Assembly: GCA_047495785.1 (NCBI GenBank)
Contig: JBLDXI010000001.1
Span: forward strand, 4,526,001-4,590,000
Length of the DNA stretch: 64,000 nucleotides
Source of the DNA: Lepidodermella squamata
Lineage: Eukaryota; Animalia; Gastrotricha
Reading direction: 5' to 3'
Position numbers and translations under genes: made by a program
Part shown: one piece after another, positions 24,801-39,000 of the stretch
Position numbering within the stretch: position 1 is the first letter of the stretch
Layout: the number at the start of each line of letters is the position of its first letter
The notes under the pieces: model-generated
What the model saw: only the letters and a program-made list of their open reading frames with translations
Database searches by the model: none
What the model was told of the DNA's origin: nothing

Positions 24801-27800
24801 GCGATAATTGCGCGTAACGTCCCGAAAACTGTCAGACCAGTCGACGTGATTTTCACGCATCGTGTCTGTTTCCGCTTGGCTAAACAGCCGAGTAGCACTG
24901 GCACGGTGTATTGCACGAAAAGTAGGAAGAATAGCACGAGTGATCCGGCGACTAAGTCGTACAAATTCGTTGTATGGATTTTTCGGAAAAATTCCGGCAC
25001 CAGCTGGATGAAAGGCCGTGGCAGGGCAGAAATGCCGAAAAAATATTTGACCTGACTGCCGACGATCAAAATCGCGGCGGCTGATGTGAATCCAGTTGTA
25101 ACGGTTATCGGGAAAATATTCAGGAAAATTTCGAGGCGTAAAAACGCGAAAACAACCATGATGAGGCCGGCGAAAAAGCAGAGCAGCGCGTGAACCAGCC
25201 CGCCGATTTCGTCGACTATTCCTCCTGTCAGTAGGGAAATGAGCGAAGTTGGGCCAAGGTTGACGTCTCGAGCAGTTCCGAGTATCGAATAAGTTAAACC
25301 GCTGATAATCGTAGTGTACAAGCCATTCTGAAAATTATAGAAATTTAATTTAATTAATTTAATTAATTTTACATGTTATTTGTTGAATTTTTGCAAATAT
25401 TATTTTTTTTTGTTTTTAATATTTCCAATTTTTACCTGGAAAAATAAGTTTTGAATTTTTTGAAATTTTTTTGAAAATTTTTAATTGAATGGTTTTCCTA
25501 AATTTCACCTCGAGAGGCATGCTGGCCAGTTGAGCGTAGGCGAGTGATTGCGGAATAGCTGTCAGTCCAACAGTAAGACCTCCAGCCAAATCGTAGAGGA
25601 ACGAATTCAGCCTGCAAATTCACACCAAAATTCATTAAAAATTTGTAAAATCTTGAATATTGCTTCTTACGTTATGGTCGGAATCCATTTCAGGCAAGGC
25701 AGCCGGCGTTTGACGTGTCGCGTGGCGCATTCTTTCGAGAAGTAGCCATCGCGGAAACAGCCGCGTTGAAACAACTTGTTACTCGTATTCATCGGCATTT
25801 GGCAGCCAGTCGAGTCGTTAAAGTCGAAAATGTCTCCGCTTTTATAGCATTGTCTCGATTTTTTTATCCGCGTTTGATTTAAAAGTCATTTTATAGTACC
25901 GCGGCCTAATTTGCACATTGCCAAAATACGAATTTTGTATTCAAAAAGGAAAGAAGAAGAAGAAGAAAACGTGGTCGAGCAATCGAGGGTGAGACATCAG
26001 CGAGGGAAAATGCACTGTTAATATAATGAAAAAGCGACCCTAGGCCGGTGAATAGCGGCGCTGGATGGCGTAACGCATTCTAAATAGCTGCGCTGTGCGT
26101 GCGTTGTGGTTTTATTACCTGGTACACAGGTAACGCGGCTGTACTGTTGTGGACTTTGTACCTACTTGTCGAGCCTCGCAAGGCGTCGACGTGTTGTCCA
26201 CGTGAACTTTCTTAACATGGAGAACATTTAATTCTGTAGTGGCCATCGGATTAGCATCTTACGGTTACAGAGTTCATTTTACCGGGCCAAGTGACTCGTT
26301 GTGTTGGGACGTAAGCGAGTAGTAGTGGTAGTTGTTGTAGGACGTGACTGAAGTTGATGCAAGCACGTAACCGCAGTTGTAAAATGGAGATTTTAAGGCA
26401 CTCACTGAAATTTAACTCCTTGAACATTTTCACTCGCCATTCTTAAAATTTTCTTAAAACATTCCAAACATTCGAAATTATTGGAAAATTGTAGAGTGTT
26501 ACATGTTTCCAACGGTTATTTTCAAGGTCGCATATCGATTTGCTCTTTTACAATTTTTAGATTTTGCGAAGAATCGCAGTTTTTTACCTTGCTCATCCCT
26601 TGAAATTCCCATTTTGGTCCTGTTTCGATTTTTACTTTACTTTTTTGGATTTATGAGAACATTTTTGATCCAGAAAAACAATTTGCTAAAATTGCAATTT
26701 TCCAAAGTCGGAGCATTTGAATTTTATTTTGAAGTCTCCGGATGTTTAGACAATTTATTCGAGTTGACTTTCACTATTTGATACTTTTAGTGCGCTGAGA
26801 GTGTTGTATAGCGGGACATAATAATCTGGCATCAAACTCGAAATAAGCGGAAGTTCCGGTTGAATAAAATTCGTGCAGAATCGAATAATGGTCCGACAAT
26901 ATACAGATATTTTCGCGGAATTTATCGTAATTTTTTCAAATTATAATGGTTAATCGAAAAATTAAGAATCTGAAACGTTCTTAATCATTATTTGGTTCTC
27001 CTCAAAGCAAGTCGTAAATCAGGTTTACAGATATCAAAATCTCGAGTAATATTGAGAGTATTTGCAAGCCTTGTCTGCGTTTTCGAATGGCTTCGAATGG
27101 TATTTATCGGAAAATATTCTTCCCCAATTCTCCTAACAATCTTTTCTTTTTCTCGGGGAAAACATTTTTCTTAATTATAGGCAAATTTGGGGTATTTTTC
27201 GGGTTTTTAAATAATTTTTTGTAATATTTTTGAAAATGTTTTATTAATCTTGTTGTTCTGTTTGTAAAGAGTCCTGATGATGGTGAAGGCGCATTGCAAA
27301 CTTGGTCTCACAGCTACACTTGTGCGTGAAGACGACAAAATCACTGATTTGAACTTCCTGATCGGGCCGAAGCTGTACGAAGCCAACTGGCTGCAACTGC
27401 AGAAGCAGAACTTCCTCGCCCGCGTGCAGTGCGCCGAGGTGTGGTGCCCGATGTCGCCCGAGTTCTACCGCGAGTACCTCGTCATGGCGGCGAACCGGCG
27501 CATGCTGCTCTGCGTCATGAACCCGATCAAGTTCCGCACGTGCCAGTACTTGATCCGGTACCACGAGCAGCGCAATGACAAAATCATCGTCTTCTCAGGT
27601 TTGGAATTGACAGTGATACCACAAAGCTACATTTGATTTTAAGACATTTTTAGGGAAAATATTGAAAGTTTTCAAATATAAATTTGCGATTTGTTGAAAA
27701 ACTATTTTGGCCACTTCATCTTCCTCCAAAATTCCAAAAATGCGAGGAAATTCGACTCGAGAATCTAATTCAAGCTTAGAAATCGACCTAAAAATCGACA

Positions 27801-29031
27801 TAGACTAGCTCAAGGTCACAGGTTGAACTATTTGAGAAAGGACTTGGGACTGGAAAAGATTGCTCAACCTCTCTGAAAACAAACTCGGATTTGAAGCTTG
27901 ATTAAAATTTGGCTCTGCAATTTATTATTGCTAAACGTATTGAAATATTTCTTTGTTAATGGATTACCGCGATAGCTGGGCCGTACGACTGACAATTTTT
28001 TCTTAAATTTCTTCCTTAAAATTTGATTAATTGGACAAACTCTAAGTAAATCTTTCAATTTTTGTCTAAGGTTTACGATTTTAGATAATTGCAAAAATGT
28101 AAAGATTCGTTAATTTCGCATGGGAATTTTGAGGCTCACAACGGAATTTAAAATCGAAAATTTAGTGGTAATATGAAAAATATCACAAAGCCATGGGCGG
28201 ATGAAAAAATATTAAAATATATTGTAATTTAGGGATGTATTACACATTTTGGATTTTTGAAAAAAAATGTGTGATGTTAATTGTTGACAAATTTTGGATG
28301 TAAATGCCGTTGTAGAGTTTGAACATTTTGGTTGAATTAAATTTCTGCCTCTATCAGATAACGTATTTGCGTTGAAGCACTACGCCATCGCTTTGGGCAA
28401 GCCCTTCCTGTACGGCCCAACCTCGCAGCAAGAACGCATGCACATTTTACAAAACTTCCAGTACAACCCACGCGTCTCCACCATCTTCGTATCCAAAGTC
28501 GCCGACACGTCGTTCGATCTGCCCGAGGCGAACGTCCTCATCCAAATCAGCGCCCACGGCGGCTCGCGGCGTCAAGAAGCGCAGCGTCTCGGCCGCATCT
28601 TGCGCGCGAAGAAGGGCGCCTCCGCCTCGGAGGAGTACAACGCCTACTTCTACTCGCTCGTCTCGCAGGACACGGTCGAAATGTACTTCGCGTCGAAGCG
28701 TCAGCGCTTCTTGATCAACCAGGGCTACTCGTACAAGGTCGTCAACAAGCTGATCGGGCTGGACGATGACACGGAGTTGATGTACCACTCGAAGGAGGCG
28801 CGAGTGGCGCTGCTGCAGCGCGTGCTCTCCGCGTCGGACGCCGACGAGGAGGAGGAACTGCCGGGCCAGGCGAAGAAGTCGGGCGGCGAAATGGGCGCCG
28901 GCCGGCGGCAGCTCAGCATGGCGGCGTTGTCCGGCGCCAATGACGGCATGTACCTGGAGATGCAGCGCGGCTCGTCGAAGCAGAAGGGCCCCGCTGGTGG
29001 GCATATGCTGTTCAAAAAGTTCAGGCACTGA
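18804..29031 (+). CDS. ERCC3: TFIIH helicase/translocase XPB. Exons 18804-19107, 19492-19703, 21363-21905, 22189-22741, 27270-27598, 28358-29031
   Basis: [21 protein letters not shown], Walker [39 protein letters not shown] and C-terminal LFKKFR. Junctions are phase-consistent. Confidence 0.97.
19800..20800 (-). mobile_element. Decayed Helitron Rep-domain fossil in XPB intron 2
   Basis: Ordered degenerate motifs [27 protein letters not shown] (HUH), HGP and PYLFRKMKA, with stops and frameshifts. Boundaries approximate. Confidence 0.55.
23361..25798 (-). CDS. SLC26A11: SLC26 anion transporter (SLC26A11-like) nested antisense in XPB intron 4. Exons 25798-25671, 25611-25509, 25327-23758, 23698-23361
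   Basis: [57 protein letters not shown] and a STAS-like VVIDCS..IDFAT segment. Uninterrupted spliced ORF. Confidence 0.9.
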
Positions 29032-30132
29032 TGATGAACTTGAGTCTTTCCCTTCTTGCTGTTCCTGCTTGCTGACAACAAATCTGATGAAAACAAAATT
29101 TCGTGAGAAAAAATACCGTCTTTTATTTGTTACATTCTCTGCACAATAAACAGAAAATACGCTAAGCGTATAATTTTTATAATTTATTTCTGGAGTTTTC
29201 CCGTATTTATCCTTGCTTTTCTGTACGGCTCATGATATTTGCATGGCTTCCGTGACTAATTTCTCGCTTTTCATCTATTTTTTGCACTGGTCTCAATTTA
29301 TTCTGAACTATTAAATCCGCCCTGGTACTGAAATAAGTATTGGGAAAATGGAGGAAAATACATAAATTGAGGATCTAAAATTTGTACTTTCGGTCGCAAC
29401 ATTTATTTAAAGTTAAATTTTTCAATTTTGAATATAGGATAATTAGCTTTCATTTTGAATAATTTGAATGAAATTTTGATTGAAACAGAATGAACGACTT
29501 GATGAAATGCTGAAAAATTCCAAAAATTCAACAATTTCCATCAGAACCAGAAAAAATACAGAGTCCTTCCGTGACGCGAACTCCTTTTAGTTTGTGAAAT
29601 TCGCAATTTTGGGAAATCTCGAATTTGAAAATAATCAACTTACATTCTCAAAATGTATTTTTCAATTTTTGGAAGATATTCGCGATGAGTTTTTAAATCG
29701 GTTCAAGGGTTGGTGGTTCTAAGTTGAACCTTCTGAGAAATAATTGACAAAATTGCCCTTTGGGAGATGTTAGACGACCCTGAAGCTTAAATAATCTCCA
29801 GCACAACTCCAACATTTGGGCCAATTTTTCAGTATTTATTCGCGCATTTTCATGGATATTTGTTTCATATTCATTCGATTTTTTAAAGAATTTTCAAGCA
29901 GTATAGGCCTTTTCAAGAATATGTTTGAAATTCCAATTTTGCTCATTTTCTATATATTTTCTATCTTGTGATTTCCACTTTTTTGCTCGAGGCTCATCTT
30001 CATTCTAAATTCCTTACCTGTGCCTTTAATCGTGTTGTGTTTAGATGTCTTAAATTCAAGTGTCTCGTTTTCGCTTTGGGACCTACTTGTCTTGTCACCA
30101 CCTATCGTCGTCATCGCATTGTCCCAACAAGA

Positions 30133-33089
30133 ATGACCGCCCACGGCTCGCTGGTCGACGATCTGCTGCCGCTGATTTCGACCCTGGCGTACCCGGTCGA
30201 CCTCGAAGACCCGTTGTCGGAACTCGAGCCCGATGTGAGCACCCTGTCGGACATGGCCGCTGCGCAAATCGTCGCCGATCCGCTGTTTCTAGCCACGACT
30301 TTACACATGAATTTGCTGCCGAAACCGCTGTATCCCGCCCTGTTGCGGGCGTGTCTCCTCTGGGGCCACGACACCAGTCTGCGACTTCTTGTGCGAAATT
30401 GGCCTTATCAGTATATTAGATTGAGGGAGGTGTTGAAATTGCCACTGCTAAGGAGCCCATTGGCGATTGTTTACTACGAAACAGCGCTGTGTCGCATGAA
30501 GGTTGGCATTCGCCTAACGACAGCTTTAGTCAGAGCCTTACTCGATTGTTTGGCTGATTTGGATGGGCGGAAAACGGCGCTTCAGTTCATCGATTTGGCA
30601 GGATTTCCGACAGGTAAATTTTCTTTAAAATAAATAACCTATTGATAACAGAGTTATATCGAAAATATATTGAAAAAATTAGGTAAAACTGCGAGAAGAC
30701 CACATTAAACATCATTTATGGAAAATTCTCGCATGCTTGAAAACATTCATTTTTACTTTCCAAACCACTGTTCCTTTATGTGAAAATTTTCCAAAATTAA
30801 GAAATTGTTGTGATTTCATGTTGAATTTTCGGGTGTGACTTTTTTCATCCGACCAATGTCTTTTTTTATCCGACCAATGTCTTATTTCATCCGACAACCA
30901 AAAATGTGACTAAAATCATCCGACATTAAAATATCGATTTTCTCGATTTTCCCAAGTTCGATTTTTCCGTAGGGGCATACCCCTTTTATGCACCCTATTT
31001 TGGCCCCTGAACCGGCGGAATTTTATGGTGAAAGATTCATGGCGATCCGAGTTGTCACTTTTTTGCTGTAATTTTTTGAAAATATGAAAAAGCAAGTCGG
31101 CTGGTTTTAGTCACATTTTTAGTTGTCGGATGAAATAAGACATTGGTCGGATAAAAAAAGACATTGGTCGGATGGAAAAAGTTTTCCCCGAATTTTCCTG
31201 AAAACGAAATCGAGAAAATACACGAAAATACACAGTGTGTAAAATGAGAGTCACATCGAATTGTATAAATATTTTACTATGGATGGAAATCCAGAGAATT
31301 TAGTCCAACCGGGTGAAATACCGAAAATTACCCAACCAGTTGTATTCGGGTTTTTCGGTTTTTTTCCGGAAAATTTTCAATTTCTGTTAAATTGCGGATA
31401 AAAAAACGGGAGATTCTTTCGGCAGGTTTAGTTTCATGAACATATTTTAATTAAAATTAGCATAATTACAAAAGGATTTCGCAACGTATTTGCCTTGCTA
31501 TATTTCCCATATTTCTATATTTTATATATTTTCAATGCAATTTCTGTATTTATTAATTCTAGCTGAAGTTGTGGCGTGTTACGCTGCTGTTCAATGCCAG
31601 TTGGTGAATACGGACGTGCAACGGCAGGAGATGGTGAAAAATTTCAACGAATTGGTATCTCTAATGGGCCCGAAATCAGACGACGAAGCAGGGAGTGATT
31701 CTACTCTTACCGAAGCCGAGCCCGAAAATATCGCCCCGAACTCAGCCGAACCGACGGAAAAATCTACCGAAAATGATGAAACGCCACATCCAGTTGTGGA
31801 ATCTATGGCGAATTCGCAGACAGATGGAGAATCGCCAGTTGTAGCGGCGAAACGGCCGGCGTTGAAAGAACTCGAAAAGGTCGACGAGAAATTTTGCCTT
31901 CCGATTGCTCTGGTGCTAGATTTAACGCTTTCTCACGGCCATCGCGTCGATGATCTCATGCATGGTAATTCAATTTGCCACATTTTATCGAAAATTGAAA
32001 AATTGAAGAAGATTCAAAAAAATCTTGTATTTTCGAAATATTTTAAATTTTTTAAATATTTTTAAATTCCGAATTTCCCTGAAAATTCTCGAAAACTCGA
32101 CCAAAAATGTAGCCTTGAAATTGTTTTAATTTATTGTTGAATTTATTAGAATTTTACTAAACTGATATTTTTTGAAATTTTCAGCCCTTGTATGGTCGAA
32201 AACTCCGGCATGTCGATTCCGCCTGGTCATGTCCGCCTTGAACCTGCAAGGCCTCGGCTTCGACGTGATCGCGCGCATCCTCGAGTGCACAATCAAATCC
32301 GAGCTTCAGTCGCTAGACGTGGCCTACAACGCCCTGGCAGGCCAAGCCACGCTGCTGATGGCCAGCCTCAACTCGGCGTTCATCAACCTATCAAAACTGG
32401 ACCTGTCATCGAACAACTTCAACTTATCCTCGCTTTCAAACCGCGCCGATTCAGCCGCTTTTTTCGGCCAATCGCTATCGTCACTACCCGCCTTAAAACA
32501 TTTGTCCCTATCGAAAAATCGACTGAGCTGCTCGTTATCTGCGGTTCTATCGAATTTACCCAACGATTTAGTCACCCTACGACTGGCAGGGTGTTCGCTG
32601 CGGAGTGAGGACCTTCAATTTTTAGCCGCTTCTCAACACGGCCAGAAATATTTGGATTTGAGTGAAAATAATCTGGGCGACGCGAATTGTTGGTGCCACA
32701 TTGTTGACCTGTTGAAATCCCGCGGTTCAAAGCTTTACAGCCTTGAAATAGCCCGGGCGTTCATCGGCGATGACGAGCTGGGCGAGATTATAAAACTGGG
32801 CGGGGCTGAGTTGTGGTTTCGAAATTTGCGATTTTTCAACATTTCGCGGAATATCATAATCACGCGATTTCTGCGCGTCCTCGTGCAGGCGTTCCGCTTC
32901 GATGCACCGCGCTGTGTGCTCTACATGCCGTGTCCGTTTGACTGTAAAGAGCGCGAGCCGGACGAGGACGACGATGTGACCCAGGTTGATGACGGCTCGA
33001 ATATTGAGCACGATCTGGCGGCGCATGGTGCTATCAAACAGTTGGCGCCGCGAAACGTTCGCATCGTTTTTTCCGGACAGGGATTTTGA
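30133..33089 (+). CDS. LRRC14: LRRC14/PRAME-family leucine-rich repeat protein. Exons 30133-30613, 31563-31964, 32185-33089
   Basis: BC-box/cullin-box-like TLSDMAAAQIV..LPKPLYPALLRAC..LVRNWPY, then RI-like LRRs (LQSLDVAYN, LSKLDLSSN, LKHLSLSKN, YLDLSEN). Confidence 0.8.
30831..31189. mobile_element. MITE (359 bp) with long imperfect TIRs and 8-bp TSD GAATTTTC
   Basis: Left arm catccgaccaatgtc repeats mirror right arm gacattggtcggat; ends are GGG..CCC; gaattttc occurs at 30823-30830 and 31190-31197. Confidence 0.85.
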
Positions 33090-36000
33090 GAGCGAAAAAT
33101 TGAAAAAAACGGAATTTAAAAAATTTGAAAAGACATGTCCCAAAATTGAAAAAATTGAATTATTTCGAAATTGGGAGAAATTTGGAAAAAAATAATATTT
33201 GGATAATTGGGGAATTAGATGTCTGCTTTTGTTTTTCGGGATAGTAGAATTTAGGGCTGATTTTTTTAATAATATTCTAAGAAAATTTCGACGATTTGCA
33301 ATTTATTATCGTATGAAATAAATCGGAAATTTCGAGAATTTGAAATTTCAAGAATAATTTGTATTCAAAACTGGGAAGCTATTTAAAAAATTGAGGACTT
33401 TCTGTTTATTTTTCCGTTCCGAGATAGTTCAGAATTTTTTTACCGATTTTCTCAGAAATCAGATTTTTTTGGAAAACTCGATTGAATGACCTTCTTTGTG
33501 CCTTGAGTGCGTTTTTATTTGCTGTTGAAAAATTGTGAAAAATCACTACCTACTCAACTTGTTGTTTGCTCCAAAAAACTTTAACGGAGTATCTAACTTG
33601 TTTCTCGCTTCCTTTTACCGACGACGATGATGAAATGAAGAACAAATCCTCGACCCGAAAAAATCTCATTTAGAATTTTCCAATTTCACCAAAAAATGAA
33701 TAATGGTTCTTATTTGCAATCTTCCGTGTTTTATCAAAAAATATTGTATATTCTAATTTTTTACCTTTACCTTTAAAACTCTGGACGCTTTTAGCAATAC
33801 TGAACTATTATTGAAAAAATGAAATGAGCAGCTGTGTCTTTTACTCAGAATACGTATAATCGAAAATCGCGGAATTTTCTTTTCGAGTGTGATATCGACT
33901 GTTACAAAAAGATGTGGTGGAGGACCAAATATATGCGAAAATTCAGCAAAATTTGAAAAAACATATGATTTGAGTGATTTTTGTTGACGATTGATTTATA
34001 TTACTATTCTATCGATTGCGCCCGATTTTCTCTTCTGCTTTTTGCCATTTTTCGCTTGTGTATAAATCGGAAAATATATATACCGCGAGTTTGACGACGG
34101 ACGAAAAAATAAACGAAATGAGGTGGCTATAAAAAATCGTTGTTTTCCCGGCGTTAATTGTTTTTCACAGGTCTGATGGTGTCAGATATAACACCGGAAC
34201 CCGCCATTATCCGCAGTCTCGCTGTCATCGAAGGTGTCGCAAACACAAACACGCTTTCAGGCCTCATGAGTGTATTCATTTCACACGTTTAACGCGTTTA
34301 CAATGGCGAAACGCAAAATAATGGCGCTGCTACCTGTTGACGTCGTTCAACTGCCATTATTTATTATGACGCCAGTGAAGCGCACTTTTTGGGCGCAGCG
34401 CGTGTCTCCGGCCGGGCGCTCGAGAGGCGTTTTTATTGCGCGCAAAGTGTGTGCGCGCGCGCGTAATAAAAGCGCGTGAAAAACATGCGCGCGCGGCGCA
34501 TTACATCAGTCGTATATCACAGCGTGTGATCGCTAACGCTACTACACAACGTGTAATTATTTTATCATAATAATAAACGGCTGACCACAGCCATATAAAA
34601 TAAATAATAGCCCCAGGAGCAGTTAATGTCGATCTAGGTATCAAGTACCTTTTTGCGATAGCGCAAATTGGCCCAGCGATTATAATAGCCGTTTTTCATT
34701 TTTTTTCCGCTGCGCGCACAGCAACAAGTGCTAGATTTTCAAGTATAATATATTATAGGCTCGTGCGTGAAATTCCTATAGGTAGTATATTATTTACAAA
34801 TAACATACAAGGTTGATGATGATGAAAATATCAAATTTCAATAGGTTTGTTTTTGTGCGAGGTTTTTACGTCTAAAATACCGGCTCGAGCGCCGAGAGTT
34901 ATATTATTACATACCTACGTTTTCGACTCTCATCTTATAAAAAAAACCCACATAAGCCTTGAACATTTTTGCAGCCTAATTTTTAATAATTATTCCCGAA
35001 TTTCGGCCTAATTAGCTGGACCTATTTCGCTAGGCTTATCACAAAATGTCCAGCGTGTGGATGCCCTTTTTGACTGTTATTTTAGAAAATTATTCGGAAA
35101 TTAGAGGTTCCCGTTACCTGGAGCTTATTTTTTTATGGCCAAAACCTTTATGAACGCATCTAGCTAATTCCTTTTACTGATTTTTTCCCACTTTGAAAAC
35201 ATTAATTTGGCCTTTTTAATTATTTTAATTATTATATTTGCGATGTTGTAGTCACCTTGATGACGATCTCAGATGCAGTTATTCTGAATAATTTCATTAT
35301 TTTTTCGCATTTCCCAACAAAGCTTCAGCAGTTTTATTATGTGACTCGCAAAATTTCCCAAATTAATTTTCACACGCAATAATTTTTCCGGTTTTGCGGC
35401 AACATAATTTTATAGATCTTTATTACGATAATGGCCATTTATCTTTGCAAACAACAAACAGGTAATAACAATTTTTGCGCGACAAAAGATGCGCGTAAAA
35501 ACTGCAGTTTTAATTAACCAAACGCCGGCTCGTTTTCAATTAACGCTTTTTATTGACAGTTTAGTTTTTTCGATCTTGATAACTGCGGGTCAACAGCGAC
35601 AAGTCATCATTTTTCGCGCGCTGAAACAATTTGCCGCGAGTGAAAATTAGCGTTTCGCTTGTTTGAAAGGCGGTAGTTTTACGCATTAGCACATGATGTG
35701 ATAATATAATATCTTTCTCGTACAGCAAGAGGCTTATACTGCGAACAGTACCTACAAGTACGTATGCGAAATTCACCTTTTCACGCATTGTTGCGACTCG
35801 CGTTCACAGGCGCTTATTGTTGACGCGCGTAAAATTGCAGTTATTTTACGCGCTGTAAAATATTATCTTGTCCTTGCGTTGCTTTTAAGCAGGTAGCTTT
35901 TCGCCGCTTATCACGCTCGCATAGCACTCGACGACAGAATGATGCGACACGAGAGCTAGAAACATCACTGCCACCACCAGCGACTGCCACGAACGACGAA

Positions 36001-39000
36001 TGAACACATCAAACATCAAACATCAAGGCATTATTAGGCTTCATGTTACGTGTCCAGGTATTAATATCATCACCGCCGTTATACTGCTGCTGCTGCTGCC
36101 CTCATTTCTCATCGTGTCCCTTGCAAGCGCGAGGTCACGTCATAGGCACGCAATTTATTCACTTGCTTCGTTGAATTGTCAAAAAATTTCGTCTGAAATT
36201 TCGCTGAAACAGCTAATTGAAACCGTAGCTACTCGCTAAGAAGTCTGGAAATTTTGAGGTCATCCCCATATATTGCTTATTGGGACTATCTCTATATTGA
36301 ATATATTCGCTCAAAGTAAAATTTGACCTCAAATCGTCCCTATTTGTAATTTTCCTAAATTTACCGGTTGGAATTGCTCCAACTTGAGAATGGAATAGAC
36401 TGGAATTTCTTAACCTGGGTAAATACACAAATAACTTTGCTTTCGTAATTTCTAGTTAAGTTGAAAGGAAAAACTATTGGAAACCCAATCACTACTCAAG
36501 ATTTCTCGTTTTCCTGGGAAATTTATTTGAAATTAATGTAAAAAAATGAAATATCCGAAAATTCGACTTTTCCCCAAAATTTTTCAGGAACCCTCAACGT
36601 TTATCTGAACAAAAATCTTCAAAAATCGATAACAAAATGCTCTGTATTGTTCAATAATTTAAAAAATTATCGCTGTCTCTTGTGCCAAAATTTTCGCAAT
36701 TGATTGTGAGCCCAATTCTGATTTTCCTAAAGTGTATATTTTATACCTGAGTTTTTTCGTAAATGCAATAGCCATTGTACTCATGTTCAGCTTCTTGCCC
36801 ATTTCAGTTGCCTAATTTAAAAATCAAAGCTTTAATCTTTAAATAGCACGCGGTTTTTGTCGCCTGTCTTTTGGCTTTTTTCTGAATTTTCTCCCAATTT
36901 TTGAAATTCGCTAACCGCAAAGATGTTGGACGTTTCAGTTTTAAATATAATATTTTCGTTTCAATTTTCAAGAAGACAGGTTTAATGTTACTGCGCCGGT
37001 TAGGCCAAGCCTTGTGAGAAATTCTTATGTTCGAGGCTTCGACTATTTTCTGACGAAAACTTTGCTGCATAAATTCACTGGAAAATGTTGCTTCATTTCT
37101 TTGAAATTCTATCTTTCTGATGCTTCCGATAGCTTCGGCGTAGTAAAAAAAAGGTGATAACCATCCCATTTTACTCCAGTAAACGACATGGCACAACGCC
37201 TGATAATGCGCGGTCAAAATTATTAGGCATATTTGAAATCGCGCGATAATTGCGCGCACGTGCGCGCGTTGTGAGCGCATTTTTTATGATGTGCGCGCGC
37301 CATTTTTGCGCAATATAAAAATAGCAACACGCAAACAACGCGCGCGCGCGCACAATATCTTCCGCGGTTTTAATGCGTAATAACAACATTTACAACGCTC
37401 AACATATTCTCACACAAAATCGGCGCGCGAACAAATTTTATGATGAATGAGCAGGAGGAAGGCGGCCGCGCCTCGCCAATTAATATAATAAATATTGCAG
37501 AGCGAGAGCAACTCTCTCGCACATATATGCGCATGTGCACAAATGAATGAATGGGCTGGCTTTGTTATCTGTGTGTCAGCCGACCCGACCCGGCTGCGTT
37601 GTTCAACAGCGACAGAAACAGGCCCGGCTAAATATTACCTATAGCAGCTAATGCCGCGTTTGCTTTTATAATTACGATTATTGTTAGTATTATTGGTGCA
37701 CTCGTGGCACGGCCACTATCGCATCGAACAGAAGTGAGCCCCCGCTGTATAACCACCCATGGCCTCATGTATATCGTGCAACATAACATCCGCCCTTCAT
37801 CATCGGCCCAATTTGTAACATTTTCTCTCGTGATTATTATTTAACCACCGCATTATATTATTATGAAACGTCAAGGATTTCATATATAAATCGCATGAAT
37901 TTCCTGAGCTAATTTGCACTTGTTTTTTCGCACCTATTTTTAGGACACCTTAAAGTCAAATATTATTAGGACTTAGGACTCATTTAATTTTCAGCATCCA
38001 ACAGCTCAATTATTAATCTTTCCAACTATAATTTAGGTGGATTCCTAGAAATTGCTGAATTTCCATTGCTTCACTTGCCTGTGGCTATTAATTCGTTTCC
38101 TCACCTTATCCTTTGAAGATGAAATTGATTAGGACCATTTGAATTGGGTGCTTCGCCAGGAATTTCGCCTTTTTTAAATTTAGGCACAGCTTAAATTGGA
38201 AAATTAATCAAATTAATTAGTCTAATTTAGAATTTGTTTGAAGCATTGTAGGGTGACTAGAAAAGCTTTGGTTATCATGTAAAATAAGTGGTGTGGCCAT
38301 GTATATACCACCTATGGTCATTCACAGGTCATAGTCGAGCAAGAACACTCTAGGTATATGAAACAACTTGAACCACCTATGCTTTCCAGCTGTAAGTATT
38401 AAATTATGCCTGGATGAGTAACATTATTCGTGTTCAAGAGTTTCGTGGCGAGGGGTATACCTACCCCATTTTTTCACGCTCAGAAAAAAGTCAGAATAAG
38501 TTTGAGTTGGTATAAGGAAAGAGTGTATAACTTCAACTTGTTTACGGTTAATTAAGGCCCCACGAATAAGAACCAGAATTTTCCTATTTTTTTCAAGACT
38601 TTCTAGATGAAGGAAAGCGATTAGGGCGAAGGGTTTCCAATATTCTTCGAATAGGGCGAGGATAATCTTTATAGCTTAGTATAGATAACGTGAATAACCT
38701 TTAGCCAAGGTTGAATTAATTTATAAGAATATATTACAGTGTTAAGGAAGCTAAAAGGACACTATTTGATCGACTTATAACACAAGTCAGTGGAAAGTAT
38801 ATTGTCTGTATCACGTCCTAAATCTTCCAGACTTGAGTTGTCGCGCGCGATAAAAGCACCCTGGTATAGGTCATGTGCGTCATACTTTCGCCGGGCAATT
38901 GGTGTGGCAATCGGCCGCATTTTAATCGGTGTCCTTATCGTTATTTTTAATTGTTTCAGATAACGATGTATAGCACAGTTTATCTTGAAACAACAATATC

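Noticed and set aside
28447-29096. Long antisense or alternative-frame ORFs over XPB, PHTF, RTN and RhoGAP exons
   Set aside because: Shadow ORFs caused by high GC at third codon positions; no recognisable domains.
30840-31180. CRISPR-like repeated units
   Set aside because: No unique spacers or cas genes, and the context is eukaryotic; these are MITE arm repeats.
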